IMG/VR virus record: IMGVR_UViG_3300022937_000008
Span: 1 to 64,000 of that record
Length of the DNA: 64,000 bases
From: a virus
Direction: 5' to 3' (one strand)
The notes beneath the pieces were generated by a model. It made no database searches. It was given only the letters and a program-made list of their open reading frames with translations, and was not told the DNA's origin. Positions 1 through 7,360 of this stretch are shown one piece after another. The first letter of the stretch is position 1. Each line of letters starts with the position of its first letter. A program made the translations under genes and the position numbers.

Positions 1-1
1 T

Positions 2-178
2 GAGGCGACCTGCGAGGTAGCGAGGATGCGCCTGGCGGACTTGGACCAGCAGGCGGTGTGCATTCCCGCAGGCCAAACAGTTTCGGAATCAGATGCCATG
101 TTTGACAAGTTCTTCAACATGGTGGAAAAGATGCACAAATTGGAGCAGAACAAATCGGTTGACAAATTGGGCAACTGA
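2..178 (+). CDS. hypothetical protein, 5'-truncated by window edge
   Basis: Open frame EATCEVARMRLAD...VDKLGN ending TGA at 176-178; not in ORF track. Confidence 0.6.
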   Translation, partial: EATCEVARMRLADLDQQAVCIPAGQTVSESDAMFDKFFNMVEKMHKLEQNKSVDKLGN

Positions 179-187
179 CCCTATAAT
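159..187 (+). promoter_or_regulatory. early sigma70-type promoter
   Basis: Perfect TTGACA(159-164)-N17-TATAAT(182-187), followed by AAGGAG SD and ATG 219. Confidence 0.9.
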
Positions 188-218
188 ATACATATAACTT
201 AAACAAAAGGAGCGAACT

Positions 219-605
219 ATGTTAGCAGAAAAAACCATCACCAAGACCCTAGAAGGTGTTACCTTTGCATTCGTACACGCAGAGGCTGTTCAAGCCGCTA
301 AGAAGGCAGTGGCAGACCTGCTAGAGAAGTGGCGAGCACAGACAGGCGGCAATGAATATGGTGAGCCAATGTACTGTGGTTTTGCCTGGGTTGATGTACG
401 TGGCGTACGAAGCAACTCCAAGCTGGGAACTGCCATGCAGGCACAGGGTTTCCGTAAGAGCTACCAAAGTGGTGTTCTTCAGTTATGGGATCCAGCAGAG
501 CATCGTGGGCAGAGCATGGATTGCAAAGAAGCTGGTGCCCAAGCATATGCAGAGGTGCTACGTGGTTATGGCATCAACGCATATATGGGATCACGTGCAG
601 ACTAA
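219..605 (+). CDS. hypothetical early phage protein
   Basis: 128 aa, strong SD, own promoter and terminator; CGFAWV motif. Confidence 0.85.
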   Translation: MLAEKTITKTLEGVTFAFVHAEAVQAAKKAVADLLEKWRAQTGGNEYGEPMYCGFAWVDVRGVRSNSKLGTAMQAQGFRKSYQSGVLQLWDPAEHRGQSMDCKEAGAQAYAEVLRGYGINAYMGSRAD

Positions 606-615
606 CGGACACCAG

Positions 616-644
616 GAGTGTTGCAGAAATGCAACACTCTTTTT
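616..644 (+). terminator. rho-independent terminator
   Basis: GAGTGTTGCA-GAAA-TGCAACACTC followed by TTTTT. Confidence 0.85.
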
Positions 645-646
645 GG

Positions 647-674
647 TTGACTTATTTTCACAAGATGTTATTAT
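647..674 (+). promoter_or_regulatory. early sigma70-type promoter
   Basis: TTGACT(647-652)-N16-TATTAT(669-674) with extended -10 TG; leader nearly identical to that at 196-221. Confidence 0.7.
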
Positions 675-704
675 ATGAGTATGAACTTAACAAAAGGAGC
701 GACA

Positions 705-905
705 ATGAAAACGACAATGAATGTGATAGCAGGCTTATTGGTATTGGTGGGCATTATGATGGCCGCTGGTGCTGGCGGTGACTGTGATGGCAAGTGCATG
801 GAGTATGCGAACACACTGGGTGAGACACTCATGTATGGCTTTATTGGACTGTGCTTTATGGTAACAGGTGCGGCAATACTAATTGCAAACGAAAGCAGGT
901 CATAA
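705..905 (+). CDS. small two-TM membrane protein
   Basis: AAGGAG SD favours ATG 705; two hydrophobic segments flanking a CDGKC loop. Confidence 0.75.
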   Translation: MKTTMNVIAGLLVLVGIMMAAGAGGDCDGKCMEYANTLGETLMYGFIGLCFMVTGAAILIANESRS

Positions 906-1093
906 TGACCCTACAGAGATTCTTAATGCCCTTGGTATTGATAGCACTGGTGTGCCTTACAGCGTGTTCGAGTGTAAGCTCAAAGCAGGTGCTAAGGTCA
1001 ACACAGGATGTGGTGCAGACCGCTAAGATCTACAAGGGCACATCAGTCAAGGAAGAGGTAACGTGGAAGATAAGAAGCATATACGGACAGTAG
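905..1093 (+). CDS. putative lipoprotein
   Basis: Start overlaps upstream stop (TAATG); signal peptide with lipobox LTAC. Confidence 0.6.
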   Translation: MTLQRFLMPLVLIALVCLTACSSVSSKQVLRSTQDVVQTAKIYKGTSVKEEVTWKIRSIYGQ

Positions 1094-1281
1094 TTCTAGT
1101 GCTAGCCATCCTAGCAATGACAGGATGTAGCACACTGGACACACCATACGATCCAGATATACGCAGAGGCGAAACACTGTTCGATCAAATACCAAATCAA
1201 GAAAACAGGGAAGCTCTGGTGTGTGCAGGCAGCATACCGCAGCACAAGAGAAAGCCCTATCAAACAGGGAGGTGCGGCTAG
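1063..1281 (+). CDS. putative lipoprotein
   Basis: Basic N-terminus, hydrophobic core, lipobox MTGC; GAGG SD. Confidence 0.6.
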   Translation: MEDKKHIRTVVLVLAILAMTGCSTLDTPYDPDIRRGETLFDQIPNQENREALVCAGSIPQHKRKPYQTGRCG

Positions 1282-1466
1282 TGTATAGAGTATACTACTA
1301 CCAGGACAGTGTAGAACACTATGAAGGGTTCTACGAAACACAAGAAGAAGCAGAAGAAGTAGCAGAGGCAGTCGTGGACGACTACGAACCAGAGAGAGTT
1401 GAGGTTCGAGATCGATTCGACAACATCATCATCGCCTTCGGTGATGAGGTGGCGGTGGCCGGTTAG
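1281..1466 (+). CDS. small acidic hypothetical protein
   Basis: GGGAGG SD before GTG 1281, which overlaps the upstream stop. Confidence 0.65.
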   Translation: MYRVYYYQDSVEHYEGFYETQEEAEEVAEAVVDDYEPERVEVRDRFDNIIIAFGDEVAVAG

Positions 1467-1614
1467 ACCGACCGGTTATACAGTGCTGTGCTGTAGTGCT
1501 AGTTTTTAAGGCTAGTGGTCTAAAATCACCACCCAGAAAAGATAAGTACTTCACCTAAATTTTTTGCGCAGCAAATTTTTTTCCCTATAGACCCATTTGG
1601 GTGTAAATACTAGT

Positions 1615-1821
1615 ATGAAACAATACTGCGTATACACACCCGATATTACTCCCCAGTTTTTCAGAGATCTAGCCAGGCTAAACACACCCTTTGAAATACA
1701 TCTAAACCGTACTCGTTTTTGGCTAAACCGTATGCGTCCTTCACACTACTTGTTCTACTGCAAGTACTGTGTTCAAATGCACTGTGTAGAGCATGAAACC
1801 AATCACACCCTAGGCATCTAG
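1615..1821 (+). CDS. hypothetical protein
   Basis: ATG 5 nt after TAAATA (1604-1609). Confidence 0.55.
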   Translation: MKQYCVYTPDITPQFFRDLARLNTPFEIHLNRTRFWLNRMRPSHYLFYCKYCVQMHCVEHETNHTLGI

Positions 1822-2039
1822 TGTATACTATACAGCTAGACTATCCTGCGGATTGGGGCACACATCAATGTGATGCACAAACACACAGTTGCACTATAGA
1901 TCTACTAGTACAGCACTCAGTACACTGTAGTCAAAACGCACACAACACCATTATACTACACAACACACGTGATCTCACACTAGCACTTATAGCACTCAGC
2001 AAATACGGTGCCAAAATAGTTCAAAAACCCACCGTTTAA
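1821..2039 (+). CDS. hypothetical protein
   Basis: Coupled to upstream stop; very C/A-rich. Confidence 0.45.
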   Translation: MYTIQLDYPADWGTHQCDAQTHSCTIDLLVQHSVHCSQNAHNTIILHNTRDLTLALIALSKYGAKIVQKPTV

Positions 2040-2223
2040 CAGCATATATCGCTGTTGCTAGTAAATATTATTGTAAACAGTGCTTTGGCTGCTAACACGG
2101 ACTTTCAAAGTAATGACATATGCGTCGAAGAGTACGCTAGATAAACAAGTAGCCCAGGTGTTCACCCAATTCACTGTTTCATTTGATAAATATGTGTATA
2201 GAAAACTTTGGAGTATATACACT

Positions 2224-2451
2224 ATGGCCAGTTGGGAAAATCTACGTAACAAACACACAGGTGTGGGCAAAGACACACCCAAGTACAGAATACTAAACGA
2301 ATGGGGCAACCCAGTTGACAACGACCTATGGAGTCGTGAACGAGCAGAAGAACTAGTACGTTGGAAGTATGAGGGACGCAAGGACTACTCAATTCAAGAG
2401 TACTATGACGCACCACTTACACCTGACAACACTGGAAGAGTACAATCATAA
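2224..2451 (+). CDS. hypothetical protein
   Basis: GATAAATA promoter near 2186 and GGAG SD favour the MASWENL start. Confidence 0.65.
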   Translation: MASWENLRNKHTGVGKDTPKYRILNEWGNPVDNDLWSRERAEELVRWKYEGRKDYSIQEYYDAPLTPDNTGRVQS

Positions 2452-2669
2452 TGGCCACTTATCTATTACCCAAAGCACGTAGAACACTCACTGGACAAAC
2501 AGTCAAAACACAAGATCTAACAGGTGCACGATACACACTGCGTCAGCGAGCATTTGCAGAACAAGCAGCTGAACAACTGGCACTTAAAATGCAGGATCAA
2601 ACCAACGATGAGTGGACACCCATTGTTGTAGAATACACACCTTCTTTTCGTAGATCAGAACAAGACTAA
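2451..2669 (+). CDS. hypothetical protein
   Basis: TAATG coupling, 72 aa. Confidence 0.7.
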   Translation: MATYLLPKARRTLTGQTVKTQDLTGARYTLRQRAFAEQAAEQLALKMQDQTNDEWTPIVVEYTPSFRRSEQD

Positions 2670-2759
2670 TTTCTCACACTCTGTTACAAGGCTGAGCGGA
2701 CCCTAGTCCTACTCGGCCAGTCGGCATTTTCTCTTACCGTGATCTGCGCTAACCGCTGC

Positions 2760-2827
2760 GCTGCTTCGCAGCTCTTTACTATCGCGTACCGCTTCGCGGC
2801 TCGAAAAATCGCGGAGCGGCTTCGCCG
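2760..2827. repeat. three GC-TTC-GC / GC-GAA-GC mini-hairpins phased at 28 bp
   Basis: GCTGC-TTC-GCAGC 2760-2772, CCGC-TTC-GCGG 2789-2799, CGGC-TTC-GCCG 2817-2827. Confidence 0.8.
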
Positions 2828-3096
2828 GGATTGACTGCACTCCACTCAATATACTCCAATTCAACACGTTTGGCTTCCCATTCTCTATAGTGCCATTCAC
2901 GCCAGGATTTTGCACCCTGTCGTCCTGCTCTCTGCCATTGGCAGTCATGATACAGTTCGTGTACTAGAATGTGATCTCGCATTTGGTCAGGTCGCACATA
3001 CACTACGCCATCTAGAAAGAATGTGCTGTTGGAAGGGTTTATAACTGCTTGTGGAACACAGTTTACCAACGCTAAAAACGCTAGTATTTTTGCCAT
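2779..3096 (-). CDS. small HExxH zincin-like protein
   Basis: Hydrophobic N-terminus; ILVHELYHDCQ followed by REWEA. Confidence 0.55.
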   Translation of the reverse strand: MAKILAFLALVNCVPQAVINPSNSTFFLDGVVYVRPDQMRDHILVHELYHDCQWQRAGRQGAKSWREWHYREWEAKRVELEYIEWSAVNPGEAAPRFFEPRSGTR

Positions 3097-3128
3097 TGAG
3101 TATTTATTCTAGCGATAAATACTGTACT

Positions 3129-3698
3129 ATGAAGATATCTGAAATATTTACACAAGAAGCAAACATACCTTCAAGTTGGAACTACCAGCGATTAGATCCC
3201 AGTATTGAAAGTGCCATACAGGCTTTCAAGAACCTAAAGTGGCCCAAGTCACCCAACAATCCCAAAGCAATTGTTGTTCCTAGCAATTCAGAAGGAACAA
3301 GCAGCAGAGAATATCAACAGAAGAGCACCAACGAGCTTAAACAAATGATTGTGGACTTTGTTATGAATTTGAGATTTGGTAAAGTGAAAGGCGGTTTTTG
3401 GATTGGTCGTGCAGGCAAAGCGTGGATCGATGACAGTGCAGCTGAGTTGGCCAAAACCCTAGCATCAAAAACTGATCTAGGCAACAAAGATATAGAAGCA
3501 CTGGCCAAAAAACAAGGTATGCCTACTCCTGCTGAACAAGCAGCACAAGCTATTGCATCAATACCAAAAGATATCAGAGTAAAACTAATAGACTTTGACA
3601 CACCCTATTCAGAATTAAAAGATATCATAGGAGATCAAGGACTAAGCAAAGAAGATCTCAAATCTTCAAAGTTTCCAGACGGTAAAAGCTGGTTTTAA
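3129..3698 (+). CDS. hypothetical protein, possible head internal protein
   Basis: TAAATA 3116-3121 then ATG 3129; N-terminus MKISEIFTQE resembles T4 capsid-targeting sequences. Confidence 0.7.
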   Translation: MKISEIFTQEANIPSSWNYQRLDPSIESAIQAFKNLKWPKSPNNPKAIVVPSNSEGTSSREYQQKSTNELKQMIVDFVMNLRFGKVKGGFWIGRAGKAWIDDSAAELAKTLASKTDLGNKDIEALAKKQGMPTPAEQAAQAIASIPKDIRVKLIDFDTPYSELKDIIGDQGLSKEDLKSSKFPDGKSWF

Positions 3699-3748
3699 TA
3701 CACTTCCCTACTAAATAGCCTATAAAAAACCTTTAACCTTGGAGGGTT

Positions 3749-3895
3749 ATGGCTAAGTTAGCAAAGACGTATGTGCGTCACGTTAGAACACCTAAAAAGA
3801 CCAGCCAATCTAGCAAGAAACGATCTTGCAAGATGAGTTCTATGAACAAGCACAAAAAACGTTCTCACAAGTTCTATAGAGGACAGGGGAAGTAA
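3749..3895 (+). CDS. small basic protein ending YRGQGK (48 aa; not in ORF track)
   Basis: MAKLAKTYVRHVRTPKKTSQSSKKRSCKMSSMNKHKKRSHKFYRGQGK; GGAGG SD; CTAAATA promoter near 3711. Confidence 0.8.
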   Translation: MAKLAKTYVRHVRTPKKTSQSSKKRSCKMSSMNKHKKRSHKFYRGQGK

Positions 3896-4081
3896 ATGGC
3901 CGTAAAAAAGAACAAAGGCATCCAAACTGTACATATTCCAAGAACACATGATGGCAGAGAAATCAAACCTGTGCGTTATGTTCGTTTTGGAGGTGCCAGC
4001 ATAATGGCTGGTGCTTACAAAGATACTGGTGATATGATTCTAGATAGTAATGGTAAAGTTATACCATTTCACAACATCTAA
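3896..4081 (+). CDS. hypothetical protein
   Basis: 61 aa, starts immediately after previous stop. Confidence 0.7.
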   Translation: MAVKKNKGIQTVHIPRTHDGREIKPVRYVRFGGASIMAGAYKDTGDMILDSNGKVIPFHNI

Positions 4082-4193
4082 AAACACAGTTTAAACGTCT
4101 TTATATGCGCATATTATAGTTCTGGCATCAAGTACTGCTCTGACTCTGTGATCACCGCTGTATGACGCTTAAAATGCGTTTAAGACGGTGTTT
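4082..4193. ncRNA. long imperfect intergenic stem-loop, candidate structured RNA
   Basis: Nested complementary blocks AAACAC/GTGTTT, TTAAACG/CGTTTAA, GCG-CATA/TATG-ACGC. Confidence 0.35.
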
Positions 4194-4232
4194 AAGCAGC
4201 ATACTAGACTCTATATACTAAATAGTTTTATA

Positions 4233-4281
4233 ATCGTTCAGCCATAAGGGCCGGAAGTAGGTAATACCGAAGGAACGCACC
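4233..4281 (+). ncRNA. glnA-motif (class I glutamine) riboswitch
   Basis: P1 CGTTC(4235-39)/GAACG(4273-77); short P2 GCC..GGC; core CGGAAGTAG-GT AAT ACC-GAAG with E-loop AGUA/GAA; directly upstream of SD and ATG 4306. Confidence 0.8.
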
Positions 4282-4305
4282 TAACTTTTAACTAAGGAGG
4301 GTGAC

Positions 4306-4500
4306 ATGGATAGACACTCATTTATGCTCAAACAATATTCTGAGCAACAAACTCGTAAAAAGAAGGAAATGGAATTATGGAGAGCTCGTCAAGAGGTTGA
4401 AGTAAATGCCAATGGTACTTCTGGATACAAGATAAAAGAGGGTGCTAACAAGGATAGGATCCTTGCTCATAACAGCATCAAGTCAACAAATAATTGGTAA
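4306..4500 (+). CDS. riboswitch-controlled small basic protein
   Basis: AAGGAGG SD, 64 aa. Confidence 0.8.
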   Translation: MDRHSFMLKQYSEQQTRKKKEMELWRARQEVEVNANGTSGYKIKEGANKDRILAHNSIKSTNNW

Positions 4501-4686
4501 TTATTTGAACGCTAGGTATGCTAGTAATGGAACTAGCCAAGGATATACCAAGTGTTCTATCAATTCGTAAATTACTAACAGCGTAAGTGCTATTGCCCAT
4601 GCTCTACTAGATTTAGCTTTAGCACTTACGTAACCAAATGCTCTACTGTGTAGACTACCTATTTTTTGAATCAGTGTTTGTTTCAT
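4501..4686 (-). CDS. small membrane protein
   Basis: Hydrophobic C-terminal half with YELIEH. Confidence 0.65.
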   Translation of the reverse strand: MKQTLIQKIGSLHSRAFGYVSAKAKSSRAWAIALTLLVIYELIEHLVYPWLVPLLAYLAFK

Positions 4687-4981
4687 TTGGCTTTACTAGC
4701 GAGGATAATGCATCTGCTAGAGTTTGGAATAGATTGGAAACCTGTTCCTTGTTTTTGTTCAGTTGTGCCTTGCCGTCCGCCCAATTCTTTTCTTGAAATG
4801 TCTTGATATCATTCCACTCTGATTGAGCCCAATCCTGCAATTTAAAATGTAAGGGTTTTGGTTCCGGAATCGTTTGGTTAGTAGTTGCATCTGCCTTGCT
4901 CGCAGTTACTAGACCAAAAAACAGTCCCGCTAATAGTATTGTTATTACTATAACTGCTTTCTTGAATTGTTTTTCTATCAT
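4655..4981 (-). CDS. secreted or membrane-anchored hypothetical protein
   Basis: N-terminal signal/TM then amphipathic helix. Confidence 0.65.
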   Translation of the reverse strand: MIEKQFKKAVIVITILLAGLFFGLVTASKADATTNQTIPEPKPLHFKLQDWAQSEWNDIKTFQEKNWADGKAQLNKNKEQVSNLFQTLADALSSLVKPNETNTDSKNR

Positions 4982-5004
4982 TGTTGCCTTTTTGTTATTG
5001 TTAT

Positions 5005-5081
5005 TGGCCTGCTTGGAAGGATTCGAACCTCCGGCCTTCAGTTCCGCAAACTGACGCTCTATCCAACTGAGCTACAAGCAG
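5005..5081 (-). tRNA. tRNA-Arg(GCG)
   Basis: Acceptor CTGCTTG/CAAGCAG, discriminator G plus encoded CCA; D-loop AGTTGGATA (A20); anticodon arm TCAGT-TTGCGGA-ACTGA; T-arm GGAGG-TTCGAAT-CCTTC. Confidence 0.92.
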
Positions 5082-5191
5082 ATACTTTTTATATTATAAT
5101 AATCAAGTAATTAAGTCAAGTATTATTTTTCCAGTATTGCAGTTTTGAGCAATAATAAATCGTAAATATATTACAGGAATAGGAATTTTAT

Positions 5192-5545
5192 ATGACTCTA
5201 GAACAAATCGTTTTTGCCATTACTGGCTGGATAGTACTTACAAGTATAGTATACACGCACAGCGGATGGCGTAACATATTTAACTGTTATAAGATGTGGT
5301 TTACGAGAGAATATTGGACAGACTATAATATTATAGAAGCAGCAAGTTGGATAGCCAAAGCAATTATTATTATACCTGCATTAATCTTTGGTATTAATAT
5401 TTGGCAACTCTATTTTATTAGTCTTGCAACTTCGATGACATTGATTTGGGCTAGTAACAAAAAACTGCTGCCAACCCTAGTGGGATTTAACACACTTTGG
5501 ATTTGGTTGAGTTTGATGGTTATATCACAACACGTCATTAACTAG
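5192..5545 (+). CDS. multi-pass membrane protein
   Basis: About 4 hydrophobic segments; TAAATA and AGGA upstream. Confidence 0.75.
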   Translation: MTLEQIVFAITGWIVLTSIVYTHSGWRNIFNCYKMWFTREYWTDYNIIEAASWIAKAIIIIPALIFGINIWQLYFISLATSMTLIWASNKKLLPTLVGFNTLWIWLSLMVISQHVIN

Positions 5546-5989
5546 CCGATAAGCATAGTTAACTGAGTCTTCATTCACTCTATATGTAGTTGCACCATTG
5601 CGAAGATGGAAGCGTTCTGCTGTTCTTGTTTTAGGACTTAATGTTACAATATTTTTGATGTGTGGTTTTTCATCTTGAATATGAGCAGATGCTAGTTGTA
5701 CAAGATCTCTACCTGATCCTTTTACATAACTCCAAAGAGTATAGAACACAGCAGTATCTGCAGAGCTTGTAGAACGTTCTTGCATATCGCTGATATCTTC
5801 AGGTATACCTTGTGTGTATCTAACACAACAGACTGCACCTAGAGATTGTTCACTCCACAGTGCAAAAATTTCTGCACTTTTGTTTATTCGGAACTCTGCG
5901 GATAGGTTAGGTCTAATAGGATCGTCGTTGATAATTTCTTGGATCCAGGTGTCGATTTGATTATAAACTTGAAGCATTTGTGTTACCAC
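5525..5989 (-). CDS. hypothetical protein, possible GNAT-like fold
   Basis: AVFYTLWSYVKGSGRDLV...TLSP..AERFHLRNGA resembles GNAT motifs A and B. Confidence 0.5.
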   Translation of the reverse strand: MVTQMLQVYNQIDTWIQEIINDDPIRPNLSAEFRINKSAEIFALWSEQSLGAVCCVRYTQGIPEDISDMQERSTSSADTAVFYTLWSYVKGSGRDLVQLASAHIQDEKPHIKNIVTLSPKTRTAERFHLRNGATTYRVNEDSVNYAYRLVNDVL

Positions 5990-6000
5990 CTCTATAGTAT

Positions 6001-6609
6001 TTATTTGCCTTCATCTAGACTAGACCACATCTCGTGATCTATTATTTTAGGATTCCATGATGAGAACGCACCTGGAACAGTTTCTTGCCATACAAAATTT
6101 TGCCAACACTTTTGAACATTGTGTGGACATGATTGAATATAACCATTTCCTTTTGTCCATGCATTATTACTTGCCTCATTCATATAGTGTACCCATACGT
6201 CCCAGAAACCTCTAGATTTCTTTTTACGATTCTGCATGGTCATTATATAAACATCGTAATTATTAATTTCTTTTAACTTGTCAACTAGTATACATGATAC
6301 TGTGAAACCTTGTAGCATTTCAGAAGGTTTCATTCTAAACTCTGGAAAGGTATATATTCTATTAAAGTGACGTGCTACATTAGGAGGAAATCTTCCATCA
6401 TTAAAAACTCCTCCCATTATGATCGGTTGGCCTGTGCTTTTTTTAAACAACACACCATAACCTGAATGGTCTTCTATTACTAGATTTTCTTTGGTATAAT
6501 TTTCTTTAAGCCAGTTATCTTCTTTAAGACATTCGTGTCTGATCTCTTCGAATTCAGAATCAGATTCAAAAAATATTTTACATTCGATGTCGTTTAGATC
6601 ATATTTCAT
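6001..6609 (-). CDS. hypothetical protein
   Basis: 202 aa; TATAAATA upstream near 6629-6636. Confidence 0.7.
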   Translation of the reverse strand: MKYDLNDIECKIFFESDSEFEEIRHECLKEDNWLKENYTKENLVIEDHSGYGVLFKKSTGQPIIMGGVFNDGRFPPNVARHFNRIYTFPEFRMKPSEMLQGFTVSCILVDKLKEINNYDVYIMTMQNRKKKSRGFWDVWVHYMNEASNNAWTKGNGYIQSCPHNVQKCWQNFVWQETVPGAFSSWNPKIIDHEMWSSLDEGK

Positions 6610-6637
6610 AGCTGTTATATACAGCTATATTTATAGG

Positions 6638-7348
6638 CTAGTTTAGTACGGGAGCTTGTTCTAGGCTTAGTTCTTGGTCTTCAAGTTCTTTGATCTTTGA
6701 AGTTATCTTGTCGATAACACCTACATTTCTTAATAGTTTAAATGTAACATTTTCCGTAGACCATTCGCCTGCACGTTCTAATCCTGCTTTACGCATCTTT
6801 GTAATTTTTTCTTTTACTAATCTTAACTTAGTAACATCGTTAGAAAGTAAAGCAATTTCTATATCGTGCATAATACTATTTTTCTTTGCTCTAATAGCAG
6901 CGTCATCAATTGACGGTTTAACTTTTTTTGGTTTCTCTAACCATTGATCTGCTACTATAGAATATACTCCTGTTGAATGATGTTCTTCATCTTCTCCTTG
7001 AACATAACACTCTACAGGAAGTCCTTTGATTGTGATATTGTGTTCTTCTGCCCATAATGCTTTCTTAGCGTTGAATAGTTCACGCTCTTTGTCATCTGGA
7101 ATACCTTTAACAATAATATGAAGATCTAAATCAGAGTATTCAGTCCATGTGTAGTTTGCATTAGATCCTGTGATAGTATAATCTACTACATCAAGTTCGA
7201 TACCTATGAACTCTTCAAACTTTTCTGCTATCTTAATTAGAGATGCTTTTATTTCAGGTTTGAGAGCATCGTCTTTCCACAGTTTAGGATTTAATCTGCG
7301 ATTGATAGAGACGAATTTTGATCTTTCTGTGACTTGTTTAATGCGCAT
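6638..7348 (-). CDS. Pol-beta superfamily nucleotidyltransferase
   Basis: hGS..(x10)..SDLDLH signature (ITGSNANYTWTEYSDLDLHI) plus distal VECYVQ. Confidence 0.8.
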   Translation of the reverse strand: MRIKQVTERSKFVSINRRLNPKLWKDDALKPEIKASLIKIAEKFEEFIGIELDVVDYTITGSNANYTWTEYSDLDLHIIVKGIPDDKERELFNAKKALWAEEHNITIKGLPVECYVQGEDEEHHSTGVYSIVADQWLEKPKKVKPSIDDAAIRAKKNSIMHDIEIALLSNDVTKLRLVKEKITKMRKAGLERAGEWSTENVTFKLLRNVGVIDKITSKIKELEDQELSLEQAPVLN

Positions 7349-7360
7349 ACTATATTTATG

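Noticed and set aside
2760-2827. Mini-CRISPR array
   Set aside because: Only a 7-nt core is shared, the 28-bp period is too short, and there are no cas genes
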